Assembly: GCA_002269645.1 (NCBI GenBank)
Contig: NIVC01002206.1
Span: 1-64,000 of the forward strand
Length of the DNA: 64,000 nucleotides
Source of the DNA: Macrostomum lignano
Taxonomy: Eukaryota
Direction of reading: 5' to 3'
The notes beneath the pieces are model-generated. The model searched no databases, was not told the DNA's origin, and saw only the letters and a list, made by a program, of their open reading frames with translations. A program made the position numbers and the translations under genes. Below, piece by piece: positions 54,790 to 64,000 of this stretch (its first letter is position 1; each line of letters starts with the position of its first letter).

Positions 54790-55320
54790 CATCTCGCCCC
54801 AGTCTCACTCTGAGATCCCCAATCTCACTTATAGACCCCTAAGCTTAATATTAGATCTCTAATATCACCCTGAGATACCCAATCTCACTCTAAGGTCCCC
54901 GATCTCACTCTGAGATCCCCAATCTCACTCTGAGATCCCCAATATCACTCTGAGATTCACAATCTCACTTATAGACCCCTAAGCTCAATATTAGATCTCC
55001 AATCTCACTTTTAGATCCACAATCTCACTTTGAGATCCCCAATCTCACTCTGAGATCTCCAATATCATTCTGAGATCCCCAATCTCACCCTGAGATCTCT
55101 AATCTCACTCTGAGATCCCCAATCTCACTCTGATATCCCCAATCTCACTCTGAGATCCCCAATCTCACTCCGAGATCCGAATCTCACCCTGAGATCCCTA
55201 ATCTCACTTTGAGATCCCCAATATCACCATGAGATCCCAATCTCACCCTGAGATCCCAATATCACTCTAAGATCCCCAATCTCACTTATAGCCCCAATCT
55301 CACTCCGACTAGTCTTACCT
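54790..55320. repeat. Minisatellite, 20-bp unit (GAGATCCCCAATCTCACTCT)
   Basis: Direct reading. Confidence 0.92.
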
Positions 55321-55666
55321 AGTCTCACCCTCACCCTAAACTCTTTCTCAGATCCCCAATCTCTCTCCTACCTACCTAAACATCCAATCTCAGGCCTAGA
55401 TAAATCTCCAACCCAACACAAGCAAAAGCACTATCGGATGTTTCACTAGTTTTTTCTCAAACAGTGAGATTTATTACTCCTTGAGGAAACATTTTTTTAA
55501 CTTAGAAAGCTTCGATTCCGATACTAGGGGTATTCCTCTGTTACAAAGATATTGTAACTGTTTTTTTGCAATTAGCTACTGAAAGTAGCAAGCTTAGAAT
55601 ATTAACTCCTAATGCTTTTTCGACAGTTTAAAAATTAAGCTAGCTGCTTTGATTTACAATTAAATC

Positions 55667-56665
55667 GGGTCGCCATCACAAGCTCGAAAAATCACATCGT
55701 CGAAACAGGGCTCCATCACAAGCTCGAAAAGTCATAAGCTCGAAAAGTCACATCGTCGAAAACTGATTTAGCAACCACCATCACAAGCTCGAAAACTCAC
55801 AAGCTCGAAAACTCACATCGTCGAAAAGTTTAGCAACCACCATCACAAGCTCGAAAACTCACAAGCTCGAAAACTCACAAGCTCGAAAAATCACATCGTC
55901 GAAAACTGATTTAGCAGCCGACATCACAAGCTTGATAAGTCATAAGCTCGAAAAATCATATCGTCGAAAAGTTTAGCAGCCACCATCACAAGCTTGAAAA
56001 GTCATAAGCTCGAAAAATCACATCGTCGAAAAGTTTAGCAGCCACCATCACAAGCTCGAAAAGTCATAAGCTCGAAAAATCACATCGTCGAAAAGTTTAG
56101 CTAACATCATCACAAGCTCGAAAAGGCACAAGCTCTAACCCTAACCCTAACCCCAAGGCACTAACCCTAACCCTAAGGCACCAGTACCCTAGCCTAACCC
56201 TGAACCATAACCCTAACCCCAACCCTAACCTAACCCTAAACCCTAACTTAAAGGCATTAGTTCTAACCCCGACCCTAACCCTAAACCCTAACCCTAAGGC
56301 ACAAGCTCTAACCCTAACCCTATTCAAGCTTGTGATGGTGGTTGCTAACCTTTTCGACGATGTGACTTTTCGAGCTTATGATGGTGGTTGCTAGACTTTT
56401 CGACGATGTGACTTTTCGAGCTTATGATGGTGGTTGCTAGACTTTTCGACGATATGATTTTTCGAGCTTATGACTTATCGAGCTTGTGATGTCGGCTGCT
56501 AAATCAGTTTTCGACGATGTGATTTTTCGAGCTTGTGAGTTTTCGAGCTTGTGATGGTGGTTGCTAAACTTTTCGACGATATGATTTTTCGAGCTTATGA
56601 CTTTTCGAGCTTGTGACGGTGGATGCTTTTCGACGATGTGATTTTTCGAGCTTGTGATGGGCCCC
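55667..56665. mobile_element. Foldback-type element: inverted arms of tandem subrepeats around a (CCCTAA)n telomere-like core
   Basis: Left arm CATCACAAGCTCGAAAA/CATCGTCGAAAA repeats (55674-56125); core CTAACC repeats (~56130-56320); right arm is the reverse complement (56325-56660). Confidence 0.8.
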
Positions 56666-56834
56666 CCAAAATTTTAGTATTAGTGCATTCAGAATGAGAA
56701 ATCGGGAGTCATTCAACAATTTTATTGACTCAAAGAAAACTCAAAGGGGCTTTGAGCACTGCACTGCCGCTCAAAGGCGACGATTGGCCCGCAGCCAGCG
56801 AGGATCCCAGCAGTCAGGCCCGTTCCGCTGGCCC

Positions 56835-57065
56835 TGAGCAGGCACACGCTCACACAGGGGTGTATAGCGGCCCTGGCTTTCTAATCATCAAGCATGTACT
56901 GCACTCTCTGTGCCCTGGTTGGCTGGCCTTTACGGGTGTGAATCTTACGACCAGCCCCAAGAAAAACTTTCCCGAGCACGAAACCAAAATTAATGTGACT
57001 GAACCCGGGAACTTGGACGTTGAGTCGGGCGCGTTGAAGCCTGTGGTACTCTGTCGCTCTGAATG
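56835..57065 (-). mobile_element. SINE-like element, copy 4
   Basis: GCACACGCTCACACAGGGGTGTATAGCGGCCCTGGCTTTCTAATC matches the other copies. Confidence 0.65.
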
Positions 57066-57069
57066 ACCC

Positions 57070-57380
57070 CACATTTCACGGGAATAATGAGTGAATGATC
57101 CACAATTCACAGGGAAAAATGAGTGAACCACCCACAATTCACGGGGAGAAATGAGTGAATGACTCACAATTCACGAGGAAAAATGAGTGAATGACTCACA
57201 ATTCACGGGGAATGATGGGTGAAAGACCCACAATTTACGGGGAAAATGAGTGAAAGATCCATAATTTACGGGGAAAATGAGTGAATAACCGACTATTCAT
57301 GGGGAAAAATGAGTTAATAACCGACAATCCATGGGGAATGATGAGCAAATGACCGCACATTTCGCACGGAAAAATGAGTG
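57070..57380. repeat. Minisatellite, ~30-bp unit (CACAATTCACGGGGAAAATGAGTGAATGAC)
   Basis: Direct reading. Confidence 0.88.
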
Positions 57381-58229
57381 AAAGACAATTCAAACAGAAT
57401 GTACCAAAATTATTATTATCTGCTGTTTTTTTCAATTCTAAAGAAATCGACTACAATAAGCTACCCATGCTACTATCAGTAGCGCCATGCAGCAATCCCA
57501 GTAGTTTTGCGCGGCAGCAAATCGACAGCAGCCAATGCTGAAATTTGGTTTCGTTGGGGGGGACATCAAATTCATGCATTAATAATCAGGCCGCGTTAAG
57601 CCGGCCGCCCCCCACCTCCTCGCGGCACCCACCGACCCCCCTTAAGCCGAGTCAGCAAAAATTTTCCAAGTCCGCATGAGGTCACTGTCTAAAAATAGCA
57701 TCAGGCGTCATCGCTTCAGCCCCCCCCCCCTCACTCACACAATCAGCAAAGCCCCGAAGCCTCTGCCCTCATATTGCCCCTGCCCTTGCACTAAGCCCCC
57801 CTTTTCCTATTATTCACTGCTCCTGCAGCCCGTTCCGCCTCCCGCCTCCTGCGTTTGACACAGCCAGGCAGCTTAGTAATATTATATAGTATGCGTATTA
57901 TACAATAAGTAACAATGCTCCCTCCTGCTCAGTCCACCGCTTTCCCCCCGAGATGAGTCACAGAATTGTTCGATTTTGAGAGGCCTTGAGTTAAGGCACT
58001 CGTTTTTCTATTTCACTCTGAGTCTATATGAGTCTATGTGCTAATGCTAACTGAATACTGTACTCGTGGGTCCAGGCGTCTGGAAGACTAAAAAATTCAA
58101 GTTTGGGATTTCAGATGAGGAATTTTGGGATTTCGAGGCCAAGTTTAATCGCTTGATTTGGGATACGAGACTTCATGCTGTTGGATCGTGTTTCTAAGAA
58201 AGTCCAGGATTTCAAGCTTTATGTGGTTT

Positions 58230-59290
58230 CAAAGAAAACTAAGGACTCGAAGTTGAATCTTGTTATCTAAGAAAACTCAGGATTCGAAGTTACATCTGGT
58301 TTCTAAGAAAACTCAGGATTCGAAGTTACATCTGGTTTCTAAGAAAACTCAGGATTTAAATATAAATCTGGTTTCTAAAAAAACTCAGAATTGAAAGGTG
58401 AATCTGGTTTCTAAGAAAACTCAGGATTCGAAGTTGAATCTGGTTTCTAAGAAAACTCAGGATTGAAAGGTGAATCTGGTTTCTAAGAAAACTCAGGATT
58501 CGAAGTTGAATCTGGTTTCTAAGAAAACTCAGGATTGAAAGGTGAATCTGGTTTCTAAGAAAACTCAGGATTGAAAGGTGAATATGGTTTCTAAGAAAAC
58601 TTCGGATTCGAAGTTGAATATGGTTTCTAAGAAAACTCAGGATTGAAAGGTGAATATGGTTTCTAAGAAAACTTCGGATTCGAAGTTGAATATGGTTTCT
58701 AAGAAAACTCAGGATTGAAAGGTGAATCTGGTTTCTAAGAAAACTCAGGATTCGAAGTTGAATCTGGTTTCTAAGAAAACTCAGGATTGAAAGGTGAATC
58801 TGGTTTCTAAGAAAACTCAGGATTGAAAGGTGAATATGGTTTCTAAGAAAACTTCGGATTCGAAGTTGAATATGGTTTCTAAGAAAACTCAGGATTGAAA
58901 GGTGAATATGGTTTCTAAGAAAACTTCGGATTCGAAGTTGAATATGGTTTCTAAGAAAACTCAGGATTGAAAGGTGAATCTGGTTTCTAAGAAAACTCAG
59001 GATTGAAAGGTGAATCTGGTTTCTAAGAAAACTCAGGATTCGAAGTTGAATCTTGTTTCTAAGAAAACTCAGGATTCGAAGTTGAATCTTGTTTCTAAGA
59101 AAACTCAGGATTCGAAGTTGAATCTTGTTTCTAAGAAAACTCAGGATTGAAAGGTGAATCTTGCTTTAAATGCAAGATTCACCTTGCTTCTAAGATTCAC
59201 CTTGTTTCTAAGAAATTCGAAGTTGGATCTGGTTTATATTCTAAGAAAACTAATGACTCCAAGTTGAATCTTGTTTCTAAGAAAACTGGT
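58230..59290. repeat. Minisatellite, 36-bp unit with two alternating variants
   Basis: TGGTTTCTAAGAAAACTCAGGATT[CGAAGTT/GAAAGGT]GAATC tandem; no unique spacers. Confidence 0.95.
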
Positions 59291-60489
59291 GATTTCAAGC
59301 TTTCAACCTTAGTCTGGTTTGTAGTTTCTACAATAAGTAAATCAGTATTTTAAACTGCATCCGGTTTCTAAAAAACTCTTAATGATAACAATGATGAGTA
59401 CGGTTTTGAGGAGTTAACGCGAGTAATCCTTATACTGCCGTATCCAAGATGCTCAATCGCATTTGTCATGAATCATGATCGTGACCGAGTGCCCTAAAAT
59501 TAATTAATAAAATTATGCAGAGCAGAGCCTCTCCCGCAAACCAGCAATTAAACGGCTACTTTACCGCACACACAGGCCTGCCCTCCGCAATCCCCATTCC
59601 CTCGGGGTAGTTGAATAAAAACGCCAGTCGATCAGTTTTTATAGGAAATGAGGGCTTCAAAAGCCCGCATGCAAAGTTTCAGCCCAAGGAGGCCTAAAAA
59701 ACCACAACTTTGGAGTTGACTGCAGTTGTTCACTTTGCACGCAACGTTTGGTTTTATATATTTTCTCGTGGTATTTGCGCCTGAAATCAAAAAAATTGCT
59801 TTAAAATTTCTGAAAAAGAGTGAGTTCTTTTGCCATCGAAGAGTGGTTTACTCCAGCTTCTATTGCACCATCAGTCAGTCTCCTTGCTGCATTATTGTTG
59901 ATAGGCCATCTGTGGCAGCTCCAGGACTCACCAGGTACCAGCAGAAATCCCCCCAACAGCTTTCCCATTGAGTTTCCCCTGGCTAATAGAAAAAATGGTG
60001 GCCTAACCCGGGGCCCGAACCCGCAGCGTTTGCTGCTCAATAATACGGCGCGTGGAACCGACTGATTTACGACCCATGATTTACAATGCCACCATCAGCA
60101 TTGAGTTCTAATCTGTAATTTCACGTGTGCCGCACGCTCCGGCTAGTGTTGAGCTGCGGTGGCAATAAAATTGACCCCACTTTAACTGGAGGTTAAGGTC
60201 GCGGCCTTGAGCAAAAACTCAATCCTGGCTTCACAATCTGATTTTCTATGCAACGCAGCGAGCAAAAATTCTTGTTTGATCATTTGAATCCTAATTTGCT
60301 TAGCGCAACAAAGACTGTTGCGGCCTGCGACCGTTTCTAATTTTATTTGAAAACTGAGCAACTGGGCGCCTGGCAACCTGATCCCGCTCTGCCTTATCTC
60401 TTTCTGAAATTTATCAGCTCATTCTGATTCCCCCCCCCTATTTCTGACTCTCTGTTCGAATTTATTTGTGATTCCCGATTCTCCGAATT

Positions 60490-61385
60490 TATTCCTGACT
60501 CTCCAGTTCTCCTCCTGACTCTCTCCAGATCTCTTCCTGGCTCTCTCCAGATCCCTTCCTGGCTCTCTCCAGATCCCTTCCTGACTCTCTCCAGATCCTT
60601 TCCTGGCTCTCTCCAGATCTCCTCCTGACTCTCTCCAGATCTCTTCCTGACTCTCTCCAGATCCCTTCCTGACTCTCTCCAGATCTCCTCCTGACTCTCT
60701 CCAGATCCCTTCCTGACTCTCTCCAGATCTCTTCCTGACTCTCTCCAGATCCCTTCCTGACTCTCTCCAGATCTCCTCCTGACTCTCTCCAGATCCCTTC
60801 CTGACTCTCTCCAGATCTCCTCCTGACTCTCTCCAGATCTCCTCCTGACTCTCTCCAGATCCCTTCCTGGCTCTCTCCAGATCTCTTCCTGGCTCTCTCC
60901 AGATCCCTTCCTGACTCTCTCCAGATCCTTTCCTGGCTCTCTCCAGATCCCTTCCTGACTCTCTCCAGATCTCCTCCTGACTCTCTCCAGATCTCTTCCT
61001 GACTCTCTCCAGATCCCTTCCTGACTCTCTCCAGATCTCCTCCTGACTCTCTCCAGATCTCCTCCTGACTCTCTCCAGATCCCTTCCTGGCTCTCTCCAG
61101 ATCTTTTCCTGACTATCACCAGATCTCTTCCTGACTCTCTCCAGATCTCTTCCTGACTCTCACCAGATCTCTTCCTGACTGTCACCAGATCTCTTCCTGA
61201 CTGTCACCAGATCTCTTCCTGACTGTCACCAGATGTCTTCCTGACTGTCACCAGATCTCTTCCTGACTGTCACCAGATCTCTTCCTGACTATCACCAGAT
61301 CTCTTCCTGACTGTCACCAGATCTCTTCCTGGCTCTCACCAGATCTCTTCCTGACTCTCACCAGATCTCTTCCTGACTCTCACCA
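60490..61385. repeat. Minisatellite, 22-bp unit (GACTCTCTCCAGATCCCTTCCT)
   Basis: Direct reading. Confidence 0.94.
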
Positions 61386-61880
61386 GAGAGAGAGAGTCAG
61401 GCTGCTTTCTGCTCAACGGACTTCCCACAGAAGTCATTCAGCAGGCATAATTAAAAGGCGGATTATGATAATTAGCGTTCCCTTTCTCAGGTGAGGAACA
61501 ATGTCACTCAACAATGAATATCTGTAATAAATAGCGAATGAACCCAGGACCATTGGCCCGCATCAGCTTCTAGTTAAATAATTTTATTATTATGGATCTC
61601 ACTTCAAGCGGAATGACCGGGGGAGGAGAGGGAGCCGAGGATAGCAGAAGATAAAAGGCATAAAATTGGGGTGCACTGGGGGGTTTTTTATTTCGGCAAA
61701 CAACAGATGTTGTCTCTGGCTCTACCTCAGCTGTGAGATCGGTATGGGAGAGTCCGCCCCCGGCTAAAATCAGTTCGTGACCAAACACAATGGCATATAT
61801 GGTTTTCCCTATGCGGGATCAGCAGGCGAAGCCGGGCCAAGGACCACTGGAGAGGGCTGGGTTCGTGTATTGAAAACAGG

Positions 61881-63675
<1,795 letters not shown>

Positions 63676-64000
63676 CAGCAAATTGGGGAAGTTCAGTTGC
63701 TCCGCTTCGAGTCCAGGTGTTCAGACGTCCTGGGCTGGGAGCACGCGCGCCAGCCAAGCAAATCAAACATTCCCATTCTGGCTATCAGGGCCGGACCGCT
63801 GGCCCCCCGCTGAGCTCCGAAGTTCAGACGCGGAATTGCAGATTCCTTCAAGGCGGCATAGGCGGGCACACTGAAAGTGTGTGTTTGCGCTTCATCAAGC
63901 CGGCCCCCAATTTCCCCTTCACCTGTCACTCAGCGTGCAAGTCCGCACACCATACTTAGAGCTGACTCATTGCCCCAAAGACTACAGCAGCTCGATTTCT

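Noticed and set aside
58230-59290. 36-bp repeat with palindromic parts resembling a CRISPR repeat (also the 49-bp and 53-bp arrays)
   Set aside because: Units are directly adjacent with no unique spacers, there are no cas genes, and the context is eukaryotic.
63693-63929. LKESAIPRLNF resembling the THAP AVPTIF motif
   Set aside because: No C2CH zinc ligands upstream and no clear exon boundaries.

Overview
Eukaryotic (metazoan) genomic DNA with spliceosomal GT-AG introns, GC-rich coding exons, AT-rich spacers and a very high load of micro- and minisatellites. The style suggests a free-living flatworm such as Macrostomum, but this is an inference only. Supported genes: tRNA-Lys(CTT); mitochondrial 2-oxodicarboxylate carrier (SLC25A21); a 393-aa secreted protein made of five pacifastin-related Cys repeats; a head-to-head motile-cilia pair (CFAP206 on -, DNAI1 on +); GABARAPL2/Atg8; a four-TM MS4A/CD20-like protein; and an M14B carboxypeptidase (CPE-like). 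There is also an orphan ORF, several MITEs, a tRNA-derived SINE-like family (4 copies) and about 30 tandem arrays. The last 15 kb is nearly gene-free and includes a 1-kb foldback element with a (CCCTAA)n core. Most long ORFs in the supplied track are artefacts of tandem repeats. Most interesting: (1) a pacifastin-repeat protein in which four repeats have lost exactly one disulfide pair; (2) reverse-complementary minisatellite arrays bracketing exons in two separate genes; (3) a tRNA-Lys gene that may lie antisense inside the 5' UTR exon of the lysine-catabolism carrier. All exon structures were read by eye and no database searches were run.
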